A stretch of 64,000 nucleotides of DNA from a virus, in the IMG/VR virus record IMGVR_UViG_3300008261_004773, positions 1 to 64,000 of that record; one strand, written 5' to 3'. Within the stretch, counting starts at the first letter, position 1. Each line of letters starts with the position of its first letter. The notes beneath the pieces were generated by a model, which had not been told where the DNA came from, did no database searches, and saw nothing but the letters and a program-made list of their open reading frames with translations. This document shows positions 20,893 to 30,146 of this stretch, in pieces. A program made the translations under genes and the position numbers.

Positions 20893-21822
20893 ATGAAAAA
20901 GAACATATTCGAACAACCTCAACCTAATACGGGTACTGATTTAGATAAATTGAAAAGAGCAATCGATGCTGGATGTATTGCAAAATACAAGTGGTTCGTT
21001 CCCTTGACAGGTGGAAAGGATCAAAAATACCCGTCCTTGAGAAAGGAAACTGCTTCAGGTAAAGATGTCATAGCGGGAAAGGGTACCAAAGATGGAACTG
21101 TGTTCCTTTTTTATGCTGACGGAACTCTGAAGAATCTCAAAAGTGGTAAATCACATCCTTGGGCATGTGACGCCATGAATGTTGTACCTGAAACTCCATT
21201 GACTGTGAATCAGTCAAAGGTTTTGGAAATTATTGGAAGAACAGAAAATGGTGGATGGTTTGTTAAACCAGTACCTACAGACGTAGAAGTTGAGGATGGT
21301 ACTTTTACAAAAGAAGATTTAAGTGCTCCATCATCAGGAGAGACAATTTTATTAAGATATAAAAAATATTTTCCTAATGAGTTTTTCGTTTATAGAAAAG
21401 GAGGAAAAAAACCTCAGGTTAATCCAACCACACCAGTAACACCTACAGTAATTCCTACACCTGGAGGATCAACAAACCCATCGACAATTTCTCAAGGACT
21501 TAAAGACCAATTAGAAAAAGTAAAAGTCGACTTCAATGAAGTTGCTTGTGAAGGACTCATAAACTCGTATTTCGAAATGGCTCAATATGGTGGACAACAA
21601 GATCCAAAAGCACTTGACGAAATCAAGAATGCAGTATATGGATGTTACAGAAAGAATATGAGAAACATGAGTGCTAATACCAAAGACCAACTTAGATGGT
21701 TGAGTGGTAATGAAGAAAATGCTAAGAATATTCTTGGTATGAAAAAGTTCAAAAAGATAGGAAACATTAGACAAGATAACGAAAGAAGAGTTTATAGACT
21801 CGACAAATTACCATCATTTTAA
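20893..21822 (+). CDS. Hypothetical (probable virion) protein
   Basis: IFEQ N-terminus; in operon. Confidence 0.55.
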   Translation: MKKNIFEQPQPNTGTDLDKLKRAIDAGCIAKYKWFVPLTGGKDQKYPSLRKETASGKDVIAGKGTKDGTVFLFYADGTLKNLKSGKSHPWACDAMNVVPETPLTVNQSKVLEIIGRTENGGWFVKPVPTDVEVEDGTFTKEDLSAPSSGETILLRYKKYFPNEFFVYRKGGKKPQVNPTTPVTPTVIPTPGGSTNPSTISQGLKDQLEKVKVDFNEVACEGLINSYFEMAQYGGQQDPKALDEIKNAVYGCYRKNMRNMSANTKDQLRWLSGNEENAKNILGMKKFKKIGNIRQDNERRVYRLDKLPSF

Positions 21823-21825
21823 TAT

Positions 21826-22518
21826 ATGAAAAACTTAAAAAAAGATATTAGAAAGTCTCTTGTGGAGGCAAAAAAACAAAAGGAAAATAGATTGATTGAA
21901 GCGAAAATCGTTCAATCAAGACTTTTAACACTTTTGGAATCTACACCTGATTTCAAAAATTTCAAGGATCTACCCTTCGAAAGACAATGGGAAATAGGTG
22001 TTCCATTTATGCAAGAAATTGCTTATTTGAAACAACTTGGAGTTGATGATAATTTGATCAATGAACAAGGTATTGTTGAGATTTTAGGAAAACTCTTTGG
22101 TACTACTGCTTCTGCAGGTACGGAAACAATTTTCGAGGCAATGATTTCATCTTTTTTGAAAAAATTGGGAATGGAAGGATTTTTGGCAGATGCAGTAACA
22201 TTCTTCTTTGTTAGAAACCCAAAAAAGATTTGGGAATCATTTGGTGATTGTAATGCATTTTCTGCTAACGTGGGACAAGCGATTATGGAAGCTTTCATTG
22301 TGAAATTACAGAGAGATTACAAGGCTACAGGTGCGGGAATGGACTTCATCAGAAATGCCTTGATCGAGACTATGGAAAATAGTGACTTCGGTCAAAAATT
22401 AGGTGAAAAATTTACAAGTTTTGTTTGTAATTTCTTCTCTAACGTAAAAGATAAGGGAACACAAGTTCTGAATACAATCAATCAACCTTCACAACAACCA
22501 GCACTAGCTACTAAGTGA
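21826..22518 (+). CDS. Hypothetical (probable virion) protein
   Basis: LVEA/LIEA/LLES/INEQ motifs. Confidence 0.55.
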   Translation: MKNLKKDIRKSLVEAKKQKENRLIEAKIVQSRLLTLLESTPDFKNFKDLPFERQWEIGVPFMQEIAYLKQLGVDDNLINEQGIVEILGKLFGTTASAGTETIFEAMISSFLKKLGMEGFLADAVTFFFVRNPKKIWESFGDCNAFSANVGQAIMEAFIVKLQRDYKATGAGMDFIRNALIETMENSDFGQKLGEKFTSFVCNFFSNVKDKGTQVLNTINQPSQQPALATK

Positions 22519-22581
22519 TATCAAGGGGTGAAGACCCCTGATTATAAATGGGTGAAAAATAAGGGAGGTATTTCGAATCTT

Positions 22582-22609
22582 AAGGAGAGGGTGTTGTCAC
22601 CCTCTTTTT
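22582..22609. terminator. Intrinsic terminator between convergent genes
   Basis: GAGAGGGTG/CACCCTCTT hairpin plus T tract. Confidence 0.65.
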
Positions 22610-22628
22610 ATTTATAAAAAAAAGGTTC

Positions 22629-23309
22629 TTACGAACCTTTTTTCTTTGTCTTAACAACTTCATCGATGATTCCATAATCAACTGCCTCATCGGCACTCAA
22701 CCAAAAATCTCTGGCGGCATCTTCAGTAACTTGTTCTGCGGATTTACCACAGAATTCACCTAAAAGTTCGAAAAGAATTTTGTTGGTCTTTTCCCATTCG
22801 ATAAAGTTAATACGGGCATCTTGAATGTTACCACCAGCACCTCCTGAAGTTTGATGTAACATTGTCTTTGAGAAACGTAATGATGATCTTTTACCTTTGG
22901 TTCCTGCTCCAAGTAGAACTGACCCCATTGATGCTGCCATACCTGTATTCACAGTTCTAATATCACAACTGATGTACTGCATCACATCCACCATAGAAAG
23001 TCCTGATTTAACACTTCCACCAGGAGAATCAATGTGCATTGTAATATCGGTTTTATCTGTTGAATCTAAGAACATCAATTGGGCTTGAACAACTGTACTC
23101 ATGTTATCGTTCACAGGTCCTGCAACCCATAGAAGACGGTCTCTCATCAAACGTGAGAAGATATCCATCTGAGTTACTCTCATTTCTCTTTCCTCCAAAA
23201 TATAAGGGGTCATTGACGACTCTATTTGGGATCCGAAGTAATGTAAATCTAATGATCCTTTACCCAAATGTTTTACGTAATAGTTTTGGAAGTCTTTAGT
23301 AATATCCAT
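22629..23309 (-). CDS. clpP: ATP-dependent Clp protease proteolytic subunit
   Basis: DIFSRL, SPGG, AASMG (Ser), HQ, RD catalytic triad. Confidence 0.95.
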   Translation of the reverse strand: MDITKDFQNYYVKHLGKGSLDLHYFGSQIESSMTPYILEEREMRVTQMDIFSRLMRDRLLWVAGPVNDNMSTVVQAQLMFLDSTDKTDITMHIDSPGGSVKSGLSMVDVMQYISCDIRTVNTGMAASMGSVLLGAGTKGKRSSLRFSKTMLHQTSGGAGGNIQDARINFIEWEKTNKILFELLGEFCGKSAEQVTEDAARDFWLSADEAVDYGIIDEVVKTKKKGS

Positions 23310-23344
23310 AATTGTTTTTTTTCAAAGGTAATAAAAAATATGAA

Positions 23345-25036
23345 TTAGAAATTTTTTCTTTTGATCAAAAAGTTACCTATAACTAAAATATCCAATTTTC
23401 TTCCCACAAATGTGTTTAGTGCGTCGTATGGGGTTTCTACAATTGGCTCATCAGGTCCATTGAAACTTGTGTTCAATAAAACAGGTATTTTTGTTTTCTT
23501 ATAAAATTCACTAATCAATTTGTAAAACTTGGGGTTTGTATCAGGTGTTACAGATTGATGTCTTGAAGAATTATCAATGTGAGTGACTGCTGGTATTTTG
23601 TCTCTCCATTCTTCTTTCACAGTTGTAGTCACTAACATGTAAGGAGAAAAAACATCTGATTCAAAAACTTCAGATTGTTTTTCAAAAAGAACTGCAGGTG
23701 CAAAAGGTCTATACCATTCACGACCTTTCAAACCATTTATGTTTTTTTCCATCCATGGTTTGGACGGATTGGCTAAAATAGATCGATTACCCAAAGCCCT
23801 TGGTCCAATTTCAGAACCACCTTGCATCCAACCGATTACTTTATTCTCTGATAGATATTGTGAGGTAATGTCAACTAAGTCATCAAAATTTTCAAAATAT
23901 TCAGATTCACATTCGGGAAACTTGTCTATTTCTGTTTTGATTTCACCTTTTGTATAACTTTTACCGAGATAAGGGCTTAAGAAAGTTGTTTTTTCCATTT
24001 TGGAAATACTTTGATACCCATACCAAGCACAACCCAAAGGTATACCTGAGTCGTCTGCGGGTGGAACAAAATAACAATTCTTGTAAAGGTCAGATTTTAT
24101 GATCAATTCATTCGAATTGCAGTTCAAAAATGAACCACCTGCAACACATATATTTTGTGAACCTGTTAATCTTTTTGCCATTCTTGCAAGAATTAAAGAA
24201 GACTGTTCTTGTTCACGTTGATATAAACCCGCAACATTCGCTCTTTGGTAAAAGTCACTGTAATACCTAACCTCAGGATAAAACTCTATTAATTGGATTG
24301 AAATATCGTATTCAAGTTCCTTAACTGACAGAGAATGACTATCAACAAAATCTTTTTCGGCGTAAGATGCCAAACCCATAAGTTTACCTGCGGACCAATC
24401 ATTCTTTTCTTTATTATAAACAAGTTGGTAGGTTCCCATACCATACATTGTTCCTAATGATCCCTGACCATCGGTTTGATAGGGATGAGGAAATGGTTGC
24501 CACTTTTTGAATACTTCATTATATCCATCCATTTTGAAATGGTAGATACTGATTGATTCACCCCAACTGCTACCCTCGGGAAGTTGAGGTAATTTTAGGT
24601 CAGGATACCAATTTTCAGTTCTACGTCCAAATGAATTTGTTTCCTCTATGAGGTTACCCATAGCGTCTGCAACTACTACGGCACTTTCTTTAAAGCCAGA
24701 ACTGTAGAATGAAGAATAGGCGTGTGCTAAATGGTGTGGGATGAATTTTAGTTTCTCGATTGGCAGCTTTAAATGATATTCGAACTGATCTTCCATACCT
24801 TCGAAAGACTCGGTTGAAGAGTAAACATACAGGTCTACATCATCATAACTCAGTCCATATTGATTTAAACAATAGTCTATAGACAAAAGAGGAAGACCCT
24901 CTCCACCATCTCTATATTTACCACCATCACCTTTTATTCGGGATAGTCTTGATTGGGTAATTCCAATCAGAATTTTACCGTCCTTAATCAAAACGACACC
25001 TCTGTCGTGACCTGCTGACATTCCTAATACAATCAT
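23345..25036 (-). CDS. NodU/TobZ-family carbamoyltransferase
   Basis: HHLAHA, GKLMGLA, GPRALGNRS, RPFAP, LNTSFN; start moved off the tRNA. Confidence 0.92.
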   Translation of the reverse strand: MIVLGMSAGHDRGVVLIKDGKILIGITQSRLSRIKGDGGKYRDGGEGLPLLSIDYCLNQYGLSYDDVDLYVYSSTESFEGMEDQFEYHLKLPIEKLKFIPHHLAHAYSSFYSSGFKESAVVVADAMGNLIEETNSFGRRTENWYPDLKLPQLPEGSSWGESISIYHFKMDGYNEVFKKWQPFPHPYQTDGQGSLGTMYGMGTYQLVYNKEKNDWSAGKLMGLASYAEKDFVDSHSLSVKELEYDISIQLIEFYPEVRYYSDFYQRANVAGLYQREQEQSSLILARMAKRLTGSQNICVAGGSFLNCNSNELIIKSDLYKNCYFVPPADDSGIPLGCAWYGYQSISKMEKTTFLSPYLGKSYTKGEIKTEIDKFPECESEYFENFDDLVDITSQYLSENKVIGWMQGGSEIGPRALGNRSILANPSKPWMEKNINGLKGREWYRPFAPAVLFEKQSEVFESDVFSPYMLVTTTVKEEWRDKIPAVTHIDNSSRHQSVTPDTNPKFYKLISEFYKKTKIPVLLNTSFNGPDEPIVETPYDALNTFVGRKLDILVIGNFLIKRKNF

Positions 25037-25073
25037 AGGAGAAATATAATAAAAATTTTCTTTAAATAAAATG

Positions 25074-25155
25074 TGCCCCATGAGAGACTCGAACTCTCAC
25101 ATCTCACGATACTAGATCCTAAGTCTAGCGCGTCTACCAATTTCGCCAACGGGGC
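25074..25155 (-). tRNA. tRNA-Leu(TAG)
   Basis: Cloverleaf with variable arm. Confidence 0.95.
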
Positions 25156-25158
25156 ATG

Positions 25159-25245
25159 TACCTCAGGCGGGGGTCGAACCCGCACGGACATTTTCTGTCC
25201 ACAAGATTTTAAGTCTTGCGCGTATACCTATTTCGCCACCAAGGT
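25159..25245 (-). tRNA. tRNA-Leu(TAA)
   Basis: Cloverleaf with variable arm. Confidence 0.95.
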
Positions 25246-25251
25246 ATTCAT

Positions 25252-25542
25252 TTACTCAGTTTCCTCAGAAATAATTGTTCCATACTGTTGTGCGGCTTTT
25301 GGATTCCTTTGCATGAAGAGTTCATAGGCGACTTGGTATCGACCTAATTCAACCTGACATGGGAAGTTCTCCATGTACAACGAGTCGGATGCAATCCTAA
25401 GACTGTCATTTTCGGAAGTTAATTTTTGAATTTCAACTTCTTGTTTTCTTACAATACTATCGGATTTATTCCACATAGCACCTGCATAACAGAAGAGTAA
25501 TCCCCAAACTACAACCAATATTCTGAGTGTTCTGTTGTTCAT
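25252..25542 (-). CDS. Membrane-anchored coiled-coil protein
   Basis: N-terminal TM helix. Confidence 0.55.
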   Translation of the reverse strand: MNNRTLRILVVVWGLLFCYAGAMWNKSDSIVRKQEVEIQKLTSENDSLRIASDSLYMENFPCQVELGRYQVAYELFMQRNPKAAQQYGTIISEETE

Positions 25543-25553
25543 TTTATTTTGGT

Positions 25554-26045
25554 TTAGATGAATGATTTTTGATAATCATTCCAAATATTAACAATAATAT
25601 TGTCTTCAGTCAAAAGACTTGGGATGTGTGGTTTTTTATTCATGACCATTCTAGCTTCTTCAGGAGTTCGGTTGGCCTTCTTCAAATTACACTTCATGCA
25701 AGAAGTCACTAAATTGGTCCAATCATTAGTACCTCCCCTACTTTTGGGAACTACGTGATCCAATGTCAAATTTCGTTTGGACCCACAATAAACACATTCA
25801 TGCCCGTCTCTTTTATAAATTCTGTTTCTGTTGGGTCTAAGACCTCTTGAAAAGTGTCTAATGTAATTCAGTAGTCGAATTATAACGGGACGTACGTATG
25901 TCTTGTAACCTGTTGTAATAGGATTGTCAGATGATTTTACAATCTCCGCTTTCCCTTTATCAACCAATATGAATCCTCTCCGAACGGAAGTAACGTTCAG
26001 AGGGGTGTAATCAAAATTCAATACTAATACTCCGTCCATGATCAA
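25554..26045 (-). CDS. HNH endonuclease (McrA-like)
   Basis: RD..CVYCG..TLDHV.P.SRGG..W.N....C..CN. Confidence 0.9.
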   Translation of the reverse strand: MIMDGVLVLNFDYTPLNVTSVRRGFILVDKGKAEIVKSSDNPITTGYKTYVRPVIIRLLNYIRHFSRGLRPNRNRIYKRDGHECVYCGSKRNLTLDHVVPKSRGGTNDWTNLVTSCMKCNLKKANRTPEEARMVMNKKPHIPSLLTEDNIIVNIWNDYQKSFI

Positions 26046-26080
26046 TTTTTACAAAAGTATATGATTTATGTTTAAAAAAC

Positions 26081-26229
26081 AAAAAAGGGTCAATTTTACT
26101 CGACCCTTTTGAATATATTACAATTTAGCAATAGTTTATGGTTCGAGATTTTCCACGTCTCAGTGTAACCGAATTCTCATATAAACATGTTGTTCCCAAA
26201 AGACACAATATATCTTGTCTCATATTCAT
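26081..26229 (-). promoter_or_regulatory. Putative leader-peptide attenuator (34-aa ORF 26125..26229 plus terminator 26081..26110)
   Basis: ORF MNMRQDILCLLGTTCLYENSVTLRRGKSRTINYC; AAAAGGGTC/GACCCTTTT hairpin; CTCGAACC antiterminator candidate. Confidence 0.55.
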
Positions 26230-26264
26230 GATGATAAATATAATATTCCAATGTATTTATTTGT

Positions 26265-26951
26265 ATGAAATTTTTTGATTTTTATACAGATTTGATTTCT
26301 GAAGCAAGATATTCCTCAGATGAAAAATTTGATTGGATTGCATCGAAGATGGAATCTTGGTTATTTGATAAGATGGTGGGATCTCCTTATTTGATGAAGG
26401 GAATGAGATGGGCACCAAAATTCAGAGAATATATTAAAAACAATACTCGTGAACCATTTGACACAGAATCAAACCTTGTGATGGCTTTGGATCATATCGA
26501 AGATTTTCTACAATCCCTATCCAAAAGAGACAGTCAGGATGTAATCAAAGATATTATGATTTCATTTCCTGACATTAAAGCCAAAATTTCAAGATTCGGT
26601 AAACCTGAAGTACCTGGTAAAAGAGGTAGACCTGCAGGATCTAAAAATATGCCAAAAACAGATAGAGAACTTGACATAGACGTTTCTTTATCTACACCGA
26701 AAATCTCGGAACCTGAAGTCTCAAGTGAACCAATTTCAGTTACCCCAAAAAGAGCTGGTAGACCCAAAATATACAATGATGATTTCACAGCAATTGAGAG
26801 GTCAAAATACAAAAAAGAAGGACCTGCAATGATCAAAAGTTTGGAGGCGAAAGTTGAATCATTGGACAACGAAGTTAATATGACCATAGCAAGGATCAGA
26901 AAGATTATGGCAGATATTGACAAGAGAAAAAAATTTTTCGGGATAGAATAA
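26265..26951 (+). CDS. AT-hook-containing protein
   Basis: KRGRP and KRAGRPK motifs; C-terminal coiled coil. Confidence 0.6.
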   Translation: MKFFDFYTDLISEARYSSDEKFDWIASKMESWLFDKMVGSPYLMKGMRWAPKFREYIKNNTREPFDTESNLVMALDHIEDFLQSLSKRDSQDVIKDIMISFPDIKAKISRFGKPEVPGKRGRPAGSKNMPKTDRELDIDVSLSTPKISEPEVSSEPISVTPKRAGRPKIYNDDFTAIERSKYKKEGPAMIKSLEAKVESLDNEVNMTIARIRKIMADIDKRKKFFGIE

Positions 26952-26968
26952 GTTTTCAATTTTTTATT

Positions 26969-26976
26969 TATCTTTG
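26969..26976 (+). promoter_or_regulatory. Bacteroidota-type -7 promoter element TAnnTTTG (representative copy)
   Basis: TATCTTTG just before a tRNA; also at 28112 and 31510 (+) and 6027, 23323, 26052, 47373 (-). Confidence 0.7.
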
Positions 26977-26980
26977 TGTC

Positions 26981-27057
26981 GGACTTGTAGCTCAGTCGGT
27001 CAGAGCGGCACACTCATAATGTGAAGGTCGATGGTTCGAACCCGTCCTAGTCCACCA
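26981..27057 (+). tRNA. tRNA-CAT (probably Ile2, otherwise elongator Met)
   Basis: CTCATAA loop; encoded CCA. Confidence 0.9.
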
Positions 27058-27068
27058 AATTTTATCCC

Positions 27069-27335
27069 ATGGTAAGTATAGATATCGAAATTTATGAGTT
27101 CGTTAGAGCTTGTTCCAGTTATGACATAAAGGAGCTGATTAAAGAATTGGTTGATGAAGGTCATTTACCTAAAGACCTTTTCAATGAAAAAGGTGAGGTC
27201 AAAAAAGAAATGACAAGAAAGTCTGTAAACGAAATTGATTTCCAAGAAAATTTAGAAAAACTCAAACTAAAATATTTTTCGTTAAATCGAGAAGAAGAAC
27301 TATATTTGCAACAATTATTCAACAAATACAATTAA
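27069..27335 (+). CDS. Hypothetical protein
   Basis: 88-aa ORF. Confidence 0.55.
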   Translation: MVSIDIEIYEFVRACSSYDIKELIKELVDEGHLPKDLFNEKGEVKKEMTRKSVNEIDFQENLEKLKLKYFSLNREEELYLQQLFNKYN

Positions 27336-27340
27336 CAATT

Positions 27341-28054
27341 ATGAAAAAAATCACATCACTTTTACTCGTTGGTATTCTTTTTTTGGCTTCTTGTACCAAA
27401 CAAGATATTCAAACACCACAACAAACTGTTTCTGAACAGATCACATCAACATCAGTTCAAAGTAATTCAGTTTCAGAAACTCCTATGGCTTATGTGTTTA
27501 TCGAACCACAATCGAAAACGGGTTTGGTTACAAAGTACATGAAGGACACTGCTAAGGTTATCCGATTTTACTCTTTTTGGGTTGGTTTAAACTTACAACA
27601 ATCCAATGTTACTGATCTGAACAAATACATTGATATGCCTTATTGGTACAATGGTGTTCTACCAAGTGTTAGACAAGTGGAAGTACCCCAAACTTCAGGT
27701 GGTACAGATATGAATGGTAAACCTGTGGTTGCACACAATTTTAAATCTTTCATGATCCCAAAAAATACAATCAATGATTTCGTTTGGGTTACAATATTTG
27801 TTCCAACTTCATCTATGTTAAACGACACAAAACGCCAAAAAAGAATAGAGTATTCATATAAAAGAAACGGTGCGACTGCTTTGACTCAAAACTACACACT
27901 CACAGGTAGTGCACCTTACTCAGTGATTGTGAACTACACAGGTAACCGAATTCCACAAGGGACTTACCGTGTAATCTCTACTTGGACAAATACCAACATG
28001 AGAGTGAGACTTAATACGACCGACGACGTTTACTTCAGAGGTAACGGTAACTAA
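27341..28054 (+). CDS. Lipoprotein
   Basis: MKKI...LASC lipobox. Confidence 0.7.
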   Translation: MKKITSLLLVGILFLASCTKQDIQTPQQTVSEQITSTSVQSNSVSETPMAYVFIEPQSKTGLVTKYMKDTAKVIRFYSFWVGLNLQQSNVTDLNKYIDMPYWYNGVLPSVRQVEVPQTSGGTDMNGKPVVAHNFKSFMIPKNTINDFVWVTIFVPTSSMLNDTKRQKRIEYSYKRNGATALTQNYTLTGSAPYSVIVNYTGNRIPQGTYRVISTWTNTNMRVRLNTTDDVYFRGNGN

Positions 28055-28076
28055 TTGATTTGAAACAATATTTATA

Positions 28077-28109
28077 AAAACCCTGAACCTTGAACGTTTG
28101 GGGTTTTTT
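28077..28109 (+). terminator. Intrinsic terminator
   Basis: AAAACCCTGAAC/GTTTGGGGTTTT plus T tract. Confidence 0.65.
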
Positions 28110-28128
28110 ATTATCTTTGAATCAAAAT

Positions 28129-28202
28129 TGGGAAGTGGCTCAGCCCGGTAGAGCACCTGGTTTGGGACCAGGGGGCCGCAGGTTCGAATCCTGTCTTCCC
28201 AA
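28129..28202 (+). tRNA. tRNA-Pro(TGG)
   Basis: Cloverleaf. Confidence 0.93.
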
Positions 28203-28216
28203 CATATTTAGAACAT

Positions 28217-28726
28217 ATGTTTGAAAAAATAATTTATGGTGAGACCTATGGGTACAAAAACTTCATAACTGAAGATGAGAGAGTCTATCTTTTGGAGTCG
28301 GCACGTAAGTTATCAAGTTCAATGAATGTAGTGGGTTCTAAAAGAATGTTCTATTTAGATAATATTTCTGATTATCCCCATGATTTGATAAGGGAAATTA
28401 GAGATAGAATCGTAGTGACAGAACAATTGGAGAACTACAAAGAACCTGAAAAGGGAAAAAATTTTTTCGCTGAGTATGGGAAGGATTCAGAATGTCGTTT
28501 ACATCGGGATCCCACTTTTGAAACCGATTACATTCATGTCCGTTATAATTTGATGCTGTCTAAGCCCGATAGAGGAGGTCAAACAGTACACGGAGATGAG
28601 TTTTTGGACATTGATGAAAGAGTCCTTTGGAAGTGTTTCGCAGAACACCTTGAGCACGGTTCTGACGTAGTTATGGGAAACAAACCAAGATCAATAATCT
28701 CGATGGGATTTTTGATAAAAAAATAA
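28217..28726 (+). CDS. 2OG-Fe(II) oxygenase-like protein
   Basis: HRD ... GG ... H ... PR. Confidence 0.7.
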   Translation: MFEKIIYGETYGYKNFITEDERVYLLESARKLSSSMNVVGSKRMFYLDNISDYPHDLIREIRDRIVVTEQLENYKEPEKGKNFFAEYGKDSECRLHRDPTFETDYIHVRYNLMLSKPDRGGQTVHGDEFLDIDERVLWKCFAEHLEHGSDVVMGNKPRSIISMGFLIKK

Positions 28727-28729
28727 AAA

Positions 28730-28801
28730 GTCTCCTTAGCTCAGCGGTAGAGCATCTCGCTGTTAACGAGAGGGTCCAAGGTTCGAAACCTTGAGGGGAC
28801 G
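28730..28801 (+). tRNA. tRNA-Asn(GTT)
   Basis: Cloverleaf. Confidence 0.93.
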
Positions 28802-28806
28802 CAAAA

Positions 28807-28880
28807 GGATCGGTAGTTCAGTTGGTTAGAATGCTGCCCTGTCACGGCAGAGGTCGCGGGTTCGAGTCCCGTCCGGTCCG
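28807..28880 (+). tRNA. tRNA-Asp(GTC)
   Basis: Cloverleaf. Confidence 0.95.
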
Positions 28881-28935
28881 CAAAGAGGGTAAAACGTGTA
28901 GTAGCCTCAGGTGTGATATCCGCCACTACACTCCA

Positions 28936-29008
28936 GCGGAAGTAGCTCATTCGGTAGAGCACAACCTTGCCAAGGTTGGGGTAGCCAGTTCGAGCCTGGT
29001 CTTCCGCT
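28936..29008 (+). tRNA. tRNA-Gly(GCC)
   Basis: Cloverleaf. Confidence 0.95.
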
Positions 29009-29020
29009 CTGATAGGGTTT

Positions 29021-29110
29021 GTAGGTTGTAACGTCCCTTTTGGACACCCGTATTCAAAATCCAATTGATGTCAACGGTCAGTTGGGATAATCTGTTGACG
29101 AAAAACCTAC
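29021..29110 (+). ncRNA. Unassigned structured RNA with pseudoknot potential
   Basis: GTAGGTT/AACCTAC closing stem; two internal hairpins. Confidence 0.5.
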
Positions 29111-29114
29111 TCAA

Positions 29115-29188
29115 GGGCTGTTAGCTCAGTTGGCTAGAGCACCTGCCTTGCACGCAGGGGGTCCACGGTTCGAATCCGTGACGGTCCA
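29115..29188 (+). tRNA. tRNA-Ala(TGC)
   Basis: Cloverleaf, G3:U70. Confidence 0.95.
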
Positions 29189-29190
29189 CA

Positions 29191-29772
29191 ATGAATTATT
29201 CTGATGATCTGAAAGTAGTTTGGATTACCCCTATGAGGACGGGGACAAGGTCCTCTAATGCCTTGATGAAGAAACTAAACTTCAGTGGTATGAATCACGA
29301 AATAAAAGTTCCTGATGGCAAAGAAAATTATTTTGTGGTTATGAATATTAGGAACCCATACTCTAGGTTGGTATCCTTGTATAATATGTTCAGATTCTCA
29401 CAAAAGAATATGAACTATGAATTTGAAACTTGGATCAAAAAGGACCACTATGTGTTAATGGATAATGTTCATGATACATTCCTTTCGAACAGGATAAAAA
29501 AACTCAAAACAACACCATCTGTTTTTATTAGAATGGAAAATTTTGTAGAAGATATTCTTTCTTTAGACTTTATTGAAGAAAACTACGAATTGCTAAAAGA
29601 GGATATTGAAGAGAATATTTTAAAAAACAGATATGAAAATGACTATGTTCCGTCTGGTACTCAAAAAAAATTTTGGAAAGAGTATTATACGGATGAACTG
29701 GCGGAAATGGTTCAATACAAAATGAAGCACGAATTCGAATACTTAAATTATAATCTCAATTCTTGGAAATAA
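29191..29772 (+). CDS. Sulfotransferase family 2 protein
   Basis: PMRTGTRS and RNPYSRLVS PAPS-binding motifs. Confidence 0.75.
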   Translation: MNYSDDLKVVWITPMRTGTRSSNALMKKLNFSGMNHEIKVPDGKENYFVVMNIRNPYSRLVSLYNMFRFSQKNMNYEFETWIKKDHYVLMDNVHDTFLSNRIKKLKTTPSVFIRMENFVEDILSLDFIEENYELLKEDIEENILKNRYENDYVPSGTQKKFWKEYYTDELAEMVQYKMKHEFEYLNYNLNSWK

Positions 29773-30146
29773 TGGCACATCCTAACGTACATGCAGAATC
29801 ATCTGCAAAAAAATTTGGTGGAAAACCTGAGGACTATATTCATTTACATGAATGGCTTGATGAGACTAAGGGTTGGATTGGTGATTCACTTCACAGAATG
29901 TTCAGACATCATGCCGAGGGTATCTTTGAAATGGAAAAAAAATTTGGTAGTGAATTCAGAAATTCTGATGGTAGAACCGTTTACACAAGATATGTTGGAG
30001 AACAACACGTCAAAGAAGATTGCTACGGATACATTCCTTCTGCTAAAGAATGGTTGATGAATTTGCAAAGCAAGAATAGACCCCAGTGGATGATCAGGAC
30101 ACTTAAAATGAATAATACAGATCCCGAAAATCAGACATCTCAATAA
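29772..30146 (+). CDS. DUF6915-like protein
   Basis: HP..HA.SSAKKFGG, HR..RHH.EG, GEQHV.ED. Confidence 0.7.
   Translation: MAHPNVHAESSAKKFGGKPEDYIHLHEWLDETKGWIGDSLHRMFRHHAEGIFEMEKKFGSEFRNSDGRTVYTRYVGEQHVKEDCYGYIPSAKEWLMNLQSKNRPQWMIRTLKMNNTDPENQTSQ

Noticed and set aside
25554-26045. Mobile homing endonuclease
   Set aside because: Compact McrA-like type with no intron context or extra DNA-binding domain
28885-28935. Theta/HDV-like ribozyme after tRNA-Asp
   Set aside because: P1/P2 topology is similar but there is no room for P3/L3
29050-29105. Hammerhead ribozyme (stem followed by GAAA)
   Set aside because: No CUGANGA core before the stem
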